Source: Candidatus Brocadiia bacterium (lineage in GTDB: Bacteria > Planctomycetota > Brocadiia > CAIUPP01). Taken from it: a stretch of DNA of 64,000 bases. The position numbers and the translations under genes are program-made. The stretch covers positions 121,581-185,580 of the forward strand of contig JBEKCB010000006.1 of assembly GCA_050015075.1 (NCBI GenBank). Direction: 5' to 3'. Of the stretch, positions 56,639-64,000 are shown in pieces. The notes beneath the pieces were generated by a model that saw only the letters and a program-made list of their open reading frames with translations, searched no databases and had not been told where the DNA came from. Within the stretch, counting starts at the first letter, position 1. Each line of letters starts with the position of its first letter.

Positions 56639-57064
56639 GTGCGAATCCTGGGTATAGATTACGGCGGTAGGCGGATCGGGCTGGCCGTGAGCGATCCGGG
56701 CGCCATCATCGCGCGAGGTCTTCCCACGCTCAAGAACGAGGGCGAGGCTGAAGTGCTCGCGGCGATTCGCCGGCTGGTGGAGGAATACGAAATCGCCGAG
56801 ATCGTCGTCGGGCTCCCGCGAAACATGGACGACTCGATCGGGCCGCAGGCGCAAAAGACGATGCGATTCGCCGACGGGCTGAAAGTCCTGGGCTGCAATG
56901 TCCATCTCGTGGATGAGCGACTGACGACGGAGCAGGCGAGGCGGGCGATGACCGAAGCGGGACTCTCCCGTGAACAGCAGCATCGCCGCGTGGACCGCGT
57001 GGCCGCGCAGCTCATACTGCAGATCTACCTGGATTCTTCCCGAAAACCGAAGCCGGAGGATTGA
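56639..57064 (+). CDS. ruvX: YqgF/RuvX pre-16S rRNA nuclease
   Basis: LGIDYGGRRIGLAVSD, VVGLP, DERLTT, DRVAAQLILQ. Confidence 0.93.
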   Translation: MRILGIDYGGRRIGLAVSDPGAIIARGLPTLKNEGEAEVLAAIRRLVEEYEIAEIVVGLPRNMDDSIGPQAQKTMRFADGLKVLGCNVHLVDERLTTEQARRAMTEAGLSREQQHRRVDRVAAQLILQIYLDSSRKPKPED

Positions 57065-57149
57065 GGCCTCAAGCGCAAATCCCGCGCAGCCTGAGAGGGT
57101 CTGTTCTCCCGGGACTGCGCAGGGCTTGCCGCCGCGCGTTCGGCGCGAT

Positions 57150-57215
57150 TTACTTCTTGGCCTTCCTCGCGGCCTTCTTGTGCGCCCTCTTCACGAGCGT
57201 TTTTTTCTTCGCCAC
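57150..57215 (-). CDS. Unannotated 21-aa basic peptide MAKKKTLVKRAHKKAARKAKK
   Basis: AAGGAGGTGA Shine-Dalgarno just upstream of GTG, TAA stop; last gene of a minus-strand run. Confidence 0.65.
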   Translation of the reverse strand: MAKKKTLVKRAHKKAARKAKK

Positions 57216-57254
57216 GCCTCTCACCTCCTTTTTCCAAGGGAAAAACCCGCGGCT

Positions 57255-57710
57255 TCATTCCGCATGCAGGTCGGGAATGGTCACCTTCGAGTCCTCGGCG
57301 ACGCCGTTCCGGGAGAACCAGCCGAAGGGCATTTCAAGGGCGAAACGGCAGTCGGTGCGCGAACGGTGGGTCTCCAGCGAGTACGGCTCCATGTGCGCGA
57401 TGTTGGCGATGACGCCGTTGGACTTGATAAAAGCGATGCTGAGCGGGACGTAGGTGTTCTTCATGTAGAAATCCAGTTCCTCGTCGTGCGGGAAGACGAA
57501 GAGCATCCCCTCGTCGGGCTTCAGGGTCTGACGGTACATCATTCCCATTTCGCGCTGCTGGGGCGTGCAGGCGGCTTCGACCGCCAGCTTCCGGCCGCCG
57601 AGTTCGATCTGGACCTTGTCGAGGCGCTGCGGCTGCGGCCCGCTGTCGCACGCGACCGCCAGGAGCAGGCAGAGCGCCGGCAGGCTAGGGACGAGCTTTC
57701 TCAGGTTCAT
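57255..57710 (-). CDS. DUF192 family lipoprotein
   Basis: GMMYR...GMLFVF...FYMKNTYVPLSIAFI...ALE; AVAC lipobox. Confidence 0.9.
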   Translation of the reverse strand: MNLRKLVPSLPALCLLLAVACDSGPQPQRLDKVQIELGGRKLAVEAACTPQQREMGMMYRQTLKPDEGMLFVFPHDEELDFYMKNTYVPLSIAFIKSNGVIANIAHMEPYSLETHRSRTDCRFALEMPFGWFSRNGVAEDSKVTIPDLHAE

Positions 57711-58467
57711 CGTGAATGAGGACATCCACGTCCTTCGGCGGATCAAACTCGAAAGTGGAATCCCGGATCGTCTCGTTCAGGGCGATGTGGGTGAAGGTGT
57801 GCGTCTCGACGACCTCGTCCTTGCTCTTGTACTCGCGCACCTGGACCGGCAGCCAGGACTGTGTGTCTATCCAGAAGATCAGTCGGCCGTTCGTGTAGGT
57901 GGTGCCGCCCTCGGGCGTCATCTCGAGCGGGATCGTTTCCGCGTCCCCGATTCTCTCCTTCGGCAGTAGCGTCAGCGTATACCCTTCTCGAAGCCCGTGC
58001 ATGTCGCGCGCCAGGCCGTATTCGAGCGGATTCCCGGCCTTCTTGTCCTTATCAATGTCGGCGAGCCGGATGCGCTCGGCCTGCGGGGCGGGCTTATCTT
58101 GCGGCCGGTATATCCAGCCGAACTTCCGGCCGACGTATGAGATCGTCTCTGCCCCGTTCTCCGTATTCTTGAGATCGAGCTTCAACAGGCGCGGCGACTT
58201 GAACTGGATCGTGCCGGTGAAATGGCTGTCGTCCAGGCCCGTCGCCTGGCGCAGCTTGGCGACGTCGGCCTTGAACGTCCTGATTTTCTTCCGCACCGCC
58301 TCCATGTTGTCGAGCACCTGGTCCACCGTAAGCGCCGCCTCTGCCGCCGGCGCGGCGGTCTCCGGCTGGGCAGCCTGCGCAGAACGCGGCGGCGTGAAAA
58401 CGCATCCCGCGAGCGCCCATGCGCCCAACGCTAACGAAATCCCCATCCTGACACGCTTCCGCGTCAC
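57685..58467 (-). CDS. LolA-like outer-membrane lipoprotein carrier family protein
   Basis: GTIQFKSP, WIYRP, WIDTQSWLP, FEFDPPKDVDV; LAGC lipobox. Confidence 0.75.
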   Translation of the reverse strand: MTRKRVRMGISLALGAWALAGCVFTPPRSAQAAQPETAAPAAEAALTVDQVLDNMEAVRKKIRTFKADVAKLRQATGLDDSHFTGTIQFKSPRLLKLDLKNTENGAETISYVGRKFGWIYRPQDKPAPQAERIRLADIDKDKKAGNPLEYGLARDMHGLREGYTLTLLPKERIGDAETIPLEMTPEGGTTYTNGRLIFWIDTQSWLPVQVREYKSKDEVVETHTFTHIALNETIRDSTFEFDPPKDVDVLIHDEPEKARP

Positions 58468-59051
58468 GGCTTTTCTTTCTCCAGAATTCTCTCGATGATC
58501 GCGCGCGCCTCGATGAGCGAAGCGGCCTCATGATCGGGCTGCGCCGTGAACTTATTCCGATGCGGCCCCTGCACGAGAATCGTCCTCGCGCCGGCCGCCT
58601 GGCCGGTCTGGATGTCGTAAAGATAGTCGCCGATCATCAGCGCCTCGCCGGGCTGCACGCCGAACCGTTTGCAGATCAGGAAGATCGGCTCCGGCGAGGG
58701 CTTCGGCGCCGAATCCTCGCGCGAGACGATAAAATCGAATTGCAACTGGTGCCGGGCCAGGACGGTGTTGACCGACTGCCGGGAGTTCCGCGTCAGCAGC
58801 GCCGTGCGGATCCCGCGGGAGCGGAGGAAGCTCAGCATCTCGACCGCGCCATCGCAGAGCCCGCACGTCTCGGCCGCGCGGCGCTCGTGGCGATCGAGGA
58901 TCTCGTCCACGCGCTGCTGCTCCGCCTCACCGGCCGCGGCGCGGTACTCCAGGATCGGCTCCTCGGTCCCGATCTCCGCCCGGATGGCGGCGAAGTCGAG
59001 GTCCGAGTCCACGATCGTATTGTCCAAATCAAAGATGACGCACCGCAGCAT
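58464..59051 (-). CDS. HAD family hydrolase
   Basis: FDLDNT, LTRN, KPSPEP, IGDYLYD. Confidence 0.9.
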   Translation of the reverse strand: MLRCVIFDLDNTIVDSDLDFAAIRAEIGTEEPILEYRAAAGEAEQQRVDEILDRHERRAAETCGLCDGAVEMLSFLRSRGIRTALLTRNSRQSVNTVLARHQLQFDFIVSREDSAPKPSPEPIFLICKRFGVQPGEALMIGDYLYDIQTGQAAGARTILVQGPHRNKFTAQPDHEAASLIEARAIIERILEKEKP

Positions 59052-59145
59052 GGATCTGACACCTTCCATCCTTCCCGCATCAGTATACAGGTTGCAGAAA
59101 GCCGCGTCGAGTCTGACGCGCTCAAGCGGTTGTTTTTCAGTTTCT

Positions 59146-60426
59146 TCAGGTCGCCGCAAGCCGGTCAAGCGCCGCCAGCGCTTCCTCAAGGGCGCTGACA
59201 GCCTCCCGCTCATACGTGTGGATTCCGTCGAGTATGCCACGCTCGCGCTGGCGGACTTCTTCGGTCCAGTCCTCGAACTTCTTCCGGCTCCACGGGCCGA
59301 GGAAGGCGTCCTTTGCGCCGAAGACGCCGCCGAGGAACGCGTCTTCTTTGGCGTACAAAGCCCTTGCGCGTTCCAGCGGCGCCTTGACAATTTCGTCAGC
59401 GGTCTTGCCCTGTGCTCCGAGGAAGCTTATTGCTGTGGCTCGCGCGTCGGCGATAGTGGCGAAGTTCAGCCACGACAGGAAGAAAAGCTTCCTGCAGTCT
59501 TCCTCGTTGAGCGTCTGGGCGCGAAGAAGGTCGTCGGACCAGCGGCGCAACGCGGTGATGCCATACAAGTAGACATTGGCGCCATTGTTGCCGGTGCCGC
59601 GCCGCCAATTGTGTACGGCCATGCGCAACACGTGCCTCAGGGTCTCGGCCGGCGGCAGCCCTTCGCCAAGGTCATTCAGGAACCCCAGCAGGAACCCCAG
59701 TTCCTTCACCGGCAAACGCCGTTCCCTCTCCCCGTGCATGTGGTCGCGCAAGAGCAGAACACGACCCTCCTCGTCGTAGCCATAAGCAACCGCGATGTTG
59801 AGGTCGGGCGGATAAATGAGGACCGGCATTCCGCGATCGAGGGTTTTGCGAATGTCCTCAGTGAAGCGCTCCATTTCCGGCCCGCCTGCGCCCGTCTTCC
59901 AATTGATGCTCCACCCCGTGGTCGTCCTTATCGCGCCCGTTTCTTCCCGCATCTCGCCGACAGTACATGACGGACACCAGCCTTCATGCCAGCGCACACG
60001 AAAAGCCAGCGCGGAACAACCCATAAAATCGGCGTAGGAATACGGGCGGCGCGATACGGCCGTGGCCGCTTCCAACCCGCCGGCGAAGGTGCAGTCCTTT
60101 CCCCGCCCGAACTGCAGGACAGGGACCCCTTCAATCCAGGTGCAGCCATCCTTCTTTCGGAGGCCGCGGGAGGTTGTCACGGCTTCCACGTGCTGCTTGA
60201 GTGCCCGCCAGTTTTCGAACCCGTACTCATTAGCCAGCGCAAACTGGGCATCATTCAGCGTGACGGAGGCCGCAAGCAGTTCGGCATCGGAGGCGGCGGC
60301 CAGCTTTGGGAGGCTGCGAAGTACGCCGCAAGAACCGGCGTCCCCCGCGTGGTGCGCCTTGAGCAGGTCCTTGGCCTGGTGCCTGAGCTGGTCCAGACTC
60401 GGACGAGGCGGAAGTGCGCGCGGCAT
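59146..60426 (-). CDS. Hypothetical protein with LPPRPSLDQLRHQAKDL N-terminal domain fused to a BtrH/C39-like region
   Basis: N-terminal module ending AQFALANEYGFENWRALK, recalled as commonly found on ankyrin-repeat proteins; GGAAGG RBS. Confidence 0.7.
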   Translation of the reverse strand: MPRALPPRPSLDQLRHQAKDLLKAHHAGDAGSCGVLRSLPKLAAASDAELLAASVTLNDAQFALANEYGFENWRALKQHVEAVTTSRGLRKKDGCTWIEGVPVLQFGRGKDCTFAGGLEAATAVSRRPYSYADFMGCSALAFRVRWHEGWCPSCTVGEMREETGAIRTTTGWSINWKTGAGGPEMERFTEDIRKTLDRGMPVLIYPPDLNIAVAYGYDEEGRVLLLRDHMHGERERRLPVKELGFLLGFLNDLGEGLPPAETLRHVLRMAVHNWRRGTGNNGANVYLYGITALRRWSDDLLRAQTLNEEDCRKLFFLSWLNFATIADARATAISFLGAQGKTADEIVKAPLERARALYAKEDAFLGGVFGAKDAFLGPWSRKKFEDWTEEVRQRERGILDGIHTYEREAVSALEEALAALDRLAAT

Positions 60427-60586
60427 GAGGCACCTTCCTTTCCATCGCGCCCAGGGCCTGCACTCACGGGCAGAAAAGAAGGTTGCGGCAATGTTGTCAA
60501 GGTGGTGGACTCGGTCCTACCCGCAGGCCAGGAGGCGCCCACTCTAGCGCCTGGGGGATGCTAACACGCATGCGGGGCGGTGTCAA
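60427..60586 (-). promoter_or_regulatory. Promoter plus ~125-nt candidate structured 5' leader
   Basis: TTGACA-17bp-TAGCAT (60586-60558), then ccaggcgctagagtgggcgcctcctgg hairpin and further stems. Confidence 0.5.
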
Positions 60587-60656
60587 GATGGCTCTAAACG
60601 AAAAAAGACGATGGACGGCAGGCCATGGTCTGCCGCCCATCGTCTTTCGTTGCCGC

Positions 60657-62519
60657 TTAGAACAGCCCCACCACTTTCCCGGTCTTCATGTCGAGGTCCA
60701 CGTCATAGAACACGGGCCGGCTGGGCAGGCCGGGCATGGTGCGCATGTCGCCGCAGAGCGGGTAGAGGAAGCCGGCGCCGACGGAGGCGCGGATGTCGCG
60801 CACCGGGATGCGGAAGCCTTTCGGCACGCCCTTCCAGCCCGGGATGTGGCTGAGGCTCAGGTGCGTCTTGGCCATGCAGATCGGCAGGTTGGCGTAGCCG
60901 AGTTTCTCGTACAGCGCCACCTTCTCGTCCGCCACCGGCAGGAAATCCACGCCGTCGGCGCCGTACACGCGCGTGGCGATCGTCTCGATCTTTTTCTTGA
61001 TCGGCATGTCGAGCGGATACAGGAACTCGAACCGCGTCGTCTTGTTGGCGGCGGAGAGGACCGCCTCGGCCAGCTCGACGGCGCCCGCGCCACCCCGCGC
61101 CCAGTGGTCGGATTTCACCGCCGCCTCGGCGCCGGAACTCTGCGCGATTTTCTTGAGCAGCTCCACCTCGCGGTCCGTATCCGTGGAGAAGGTGTTGATC
61201 GCGACGACGACCGGCACGCCGAACAGGCGGGCGATCTGGATGTTCTTGACCATGTTCGCGGCGCCCTTTTCGAGCGCGGGCAGGTTCTCCTCGATCAGCT
61301 CCTTCGGCAGCGGCTTGCCGGCGACGATCTTGCCGACGCCGCCGTGCATCTTCAGCGCCCGGACGGTGGCGACGATCACGACGCAGTTCGGGATCAGCCC
61401 GCTGATGCGGCACTTGATATCCATGAACTTTTCCATGCCGATGTCGGCGCCGAAACCGCTCTCCGTGACGACGTAGTCGGCCAGCTTCAACGCGATCTGG
61501 TCGGCCACGATCGAGTTGTTCCCGTGCGCGATGTTGGCGAAGGGCCCGGCGTGGACGAAGGCGGGCGTGCCTTCGAGGGTCTGCATCAGGTTCGGCCGGA
61601 TCGCGTCGTTCATCAGCACGGTCATCGCGCCGGCGCAGCCGAGGTCCTCGGCGGTCACGGCGTTGCCCAGGCGATCGGTGCCGATCACGATGCGGCTCAG
61701 GCGCTCGCGCAGGTCTTCCGAGCTGGTCGTCAGCGCGAAGATCGCCATGACCTCGCTGGCCACGGCGATGTCGAAGCCGGTCTCGCGGGGATAACCGTTG
61801 TCGCGGCCGCCGATGCCGCAGACGACCTGCCGGAGGGACCGGTCGCTCACGTCCAGCACGCGGTTCCACGTGATCGTATACGGGTCAATGTTCAGCCGGA
61901 CGAGCCGGGCGCGCTCTTCCACCTTCATGTCGGAGGGCTTCTTCGCCTTGATCCCGAGCCGCCGGGCGCGGCGGAGCAGCGACGGCGCCCATTCGTCCTT
62001 CGGGAACAGCGCTCTGTAGAGCTGCTTGTCGGTCATATTACGCTCGTGCATGATCCGGGCGTCAATGGCCGCGGAGAGCAGGTTGTGGGCGACGCCGACA
62101 GCGTGGATGTCGCCGGTCAAGTGGAGGTTGAAGTCCTCCATCGGCACGATCTGGCTGTAGCCGCCGCCGGCGGCGCCTCCCTTGATGCCGAAGGTCGGGC
62201 CCATGGACGGCTGGCGGATGCAGGTGAAGACTTTTTTCTTGAGATGCGCGCCGAGCGCCTGCGACAGGCCGACGGTGGTCGTCGTCTTGCCCTCGCCCAG
62301 CGGCGTGGGCGTGATCGCGGTCACGTCAATGTACTTGCCCTGCGGCTTACGGGCCAGGCGGTCGCGCACGCTCAGGTGCACTTTGGCCTTGTAGTTCCCG
62401 TAAAACTCCAGTTCCTCCGGCAGAATCCCCGCTTCCTCGGCCACCTGACGGATCAGCTTCATCTTGCACGCCTGTGCAATGTCAATGTCGCTGGGCACGC
62501 TAATCTTGCTGACTGCCAT
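60657..62519 (-). CDS. fhs: Formate--tetrahydrofolate ligase (620 aa, long form)
   Basis: [47 protein letters not shown]. Confidence 0.97.
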   Translation of the reverse strand: MAVSKISVPSDIDIAQACKMKLIRQVAEEAGILPEELEFYGNYKAKVHLSVRDRLARKPQGKYIDVTAITPTPLGEGKTTTTVGLSQALGAHLKKKVFTCIRQPSMGPTFGIKGGAAGGGYSQIVPMEDFNLHLTGDIHAVGVAHNLLSAAIDARIMHERNMTDKQLYRALFPKDEWAPSLLRRARRLGIKAKKPSDMKVEERARLVRLNIDPYTITWNRVLDVSDRSLRQVVCGIGGRDNGYPRETGFDIAVASEVMAIFALTTSSEDLRERLSRIVIGTDRLGNAVTAEDLGCAGAMTVLMNDAIRPNLMQTLEGTPAFVHAGPFANIAHGNNSIVADQIALKLADYVVTESGFGADIGMEKFMDIKCRISGLIPNCVVIVATVRALKMHGGVGKIVAGKPLPKELIEENLPALEKGAANMVKNIQIARLFGVPVVVAINTFSTDTDREVELLKKIAQSSGAEAAVKSDHWARGGAGAVELAEAVLSAANKTTRFEFLYPLDMPIKKKIETIATRVYGADGVDFLPVADEKVALYEKLGYANLPICMAKTHLSLSHIPGWKGVPKGFRIPVRDIRASVGAGFLYPLCGDMRTMPGLPSRPVFYDVDLDMKTGKVVGLF

Positions 62520-62707
62520 GCGCGATCTCCTTTCTGGTTTCACCCCGGGCACCCCGCCGGCCAATCACGTCGAGATGCAAGACTTGAATTGTATCAGAGA
62601 TTCGGCACACGTCAAGTGTTCTTGCGGCGCGCCCGAAGCGCCGCAGGGACGAGAATGCCGATTGCGGGCAGGATTACGATCACGAGATCAAATGGAAACG
62701 CGGCGAG

Positions 62708-63775
62708 TCAGTCCGGTCTGACCGCGCCGACCCACTCGACCTTGGCGTCCTTCTGCGCGACCTGCTGCGCCTCCTGCATCCTGGTGTCAACGTATTCCTT
62801 CTGCAGGACGTCGAGCACGTCGGCATCGGCCATGGATTCGCGAAGGACGATATGATAGCCCCACGGCGTTGCGATCGGCTCAGAGTAATCGCCGGGCTTC
62901 AAGGCGGAGGCGGCGTCGGCGAATTCCTTGCCGAAGGCGTCAATCGGAACGCAGCCGAGGTCGCCGCCGTTCACGCGGCTGACGTTGTCCTCGGAGACCT
63001 CCCGCGCGACGTCCTGGAAACGTTCGCCCTTCTGCAGCCGCGCGACCGCCGCTTGGGCCTTCTTCAGGGCCTCGGCGCGGACCCGGTCGGGCGCATCGGC
63101 AAAGTCGGGCTGCTGGAACGTGTTGAAGAAAATCTGGTAGAGCTTCGCATACCGGCGCTCAACGACCGGCTGTTCCTTCTGCAGCAATTCGGTGCGCTTC
63201 GCGCCCTCGGGATAGCGCACCGCCCACATCGCCAGCGCATAGCGCTGAAGCCCCTCGTTATTCCGGATCTCCTCGCGCAGTTCGTCCAGCGTGAGATACT
63301 GGCTCTGCATGAATGCATCCAAGGTGGGAAAGCGGCAGCAGGGACAGCCTAGCGAAGGCGGGTTCTTCCTCATATCCTGGAGAGTTTGCTCGATCACGTC
63401 ATTCGGCACGGAGACCGCGTTTGCGGTCAGGAACTGGCGGACGGAGGCCAGCCGGATGCGGCGCTCGAGCCTGAACTCGCGCACCCACGAGGCGTCCACG
63501 TTGGAGGAACCGGCGGGGACGGCCATGGCGACGTCTTTCTCGAGCACCGGCTCGCCGTTGACCTTCACCAGCACCGCGTCCGCAGGCAGCGGCGGCGATT
63601 CGGCGACCGTTCCCACCGGCGACGATGCGGCGCGGACCGGGCCGGGGATTGCAGCGACGGGGCCGGGAACGGCCGGGTTAAAGTGCCGCCACAACAGCGT
63701 CGCGCCGACCAGCAGGAGCAGCACGCCCGCCGGGATCAGCAGGAACCGAATCTGCATGCCGTTATCGTCAGCCAT
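62708..63775 (-). CDS. PpiC/parvulin-type peptidylprolyl isomerase (PrsA/SurA-like)
   Basis: FQDVAREVSED...NGGDLG...SEPIATPWGYHIV; N-terminal TM segment. Confidence 0.88.
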   Translation of the reverse strand: MADDNGMQIRFLLIPAGVLLLLVGATLLWRHFNPAVPGPVAAIPGPVRAASSPVGTVAESPPLPADAVLVKVNGEPVLEKDVAMAVPAGSSNVDASWVREFRLERRIRLASVRQFLTANAVSVPNDVIEQTLQDMRKNPPSLGCPCCRFPTLDAFMQSQYLTLDELREEIRNNEGLQRYALAMWAVRYPEGAKRTELLQKEQPVVERRYAKLYQIFFNTFQQPDFADAPDRVRAEALKKAQAAVARLQKGERFQDVAREVSEDNVSRVNGGDLGCVPIDAFGKEFADAASALKPGDYSEPIATPWGYHIVLRESMADADVLDVLQKEYVDTRMQEAQQVAQKDAKVEWVGAVRPD

Positions 63776-63904
63776 ACGTCACCCGCTTCAAGCCGTGGGA
63801 GAGCCAGGCCGGGCTGCCAGGCGACGCCCGCCAACCCTCCCCTATCCAGCCTACACGCTCCGTTGCGCAGCGTCAAGATTGCGCCTCGCGAGGGTAGTGT
63901 ACCC

Positions 63905-64000
63905 TATCGTGTGTAAATTGTCGGGAGAAAGAAAAGGGCGTATCCTCCGGTTGGATTCAAGGACACTTTTGGGAGGACACGCCCGTGCAGCATGTGTTGA
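63905..64000 (+). mobile_element. Possible left end of an IS256-like element, truncated by the window edge
   Basis: gtgtgtaaa end-like motif followed by hairpin gggcgtatcctcc/ggaggacacgccc masking a GGAGG RBS before GTG 63985. Confidence 0.35.

Overview
GC-rich bacterial chromosomal window; gene content and repeat types suggest an anaerobe from the Planctomycetota/PVC neighbourhood or a related candidate phylum (inference only). Housekeeping genes include tatD, recQ, iorA, anmK-murQ, nfi, mtnA, tsaE, ruvX, fhs, tRNA-Asn, tRNA-Gln and a consensus parS site. An accessory stretch (~27.4-43 kb) holds the best novelty candidate: a compact RiPP-like locus in which an 85-aa precursor (Lys/Ala-rich leader, ...EVSGQ|CWGECSDCCCN... 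core) overlaps two tandem paralogous radical SAM/SPASM genes, with no adjacent peptidase or exporter. Its promoter is near-identical to two other promoters upstream of secreted proteins, and all three share a palindromic GGATTCTGAC-N-GTCAGAATCC motif. A second notable locus is an apparent operon lpdA - lipoyl carrier - Tat-less [NiFe] hydrogenase (small, large, protease) - metV - metF, with a long-form fhs nearby. Also present: an FRG gene bracketed by RAYT-like relic repeats, several MITE/REP-like palindromes, an unannotated 21-aa basic peptide, and a probable IS end at the right edge. Start codons were chosen by eye, and no searches were run.
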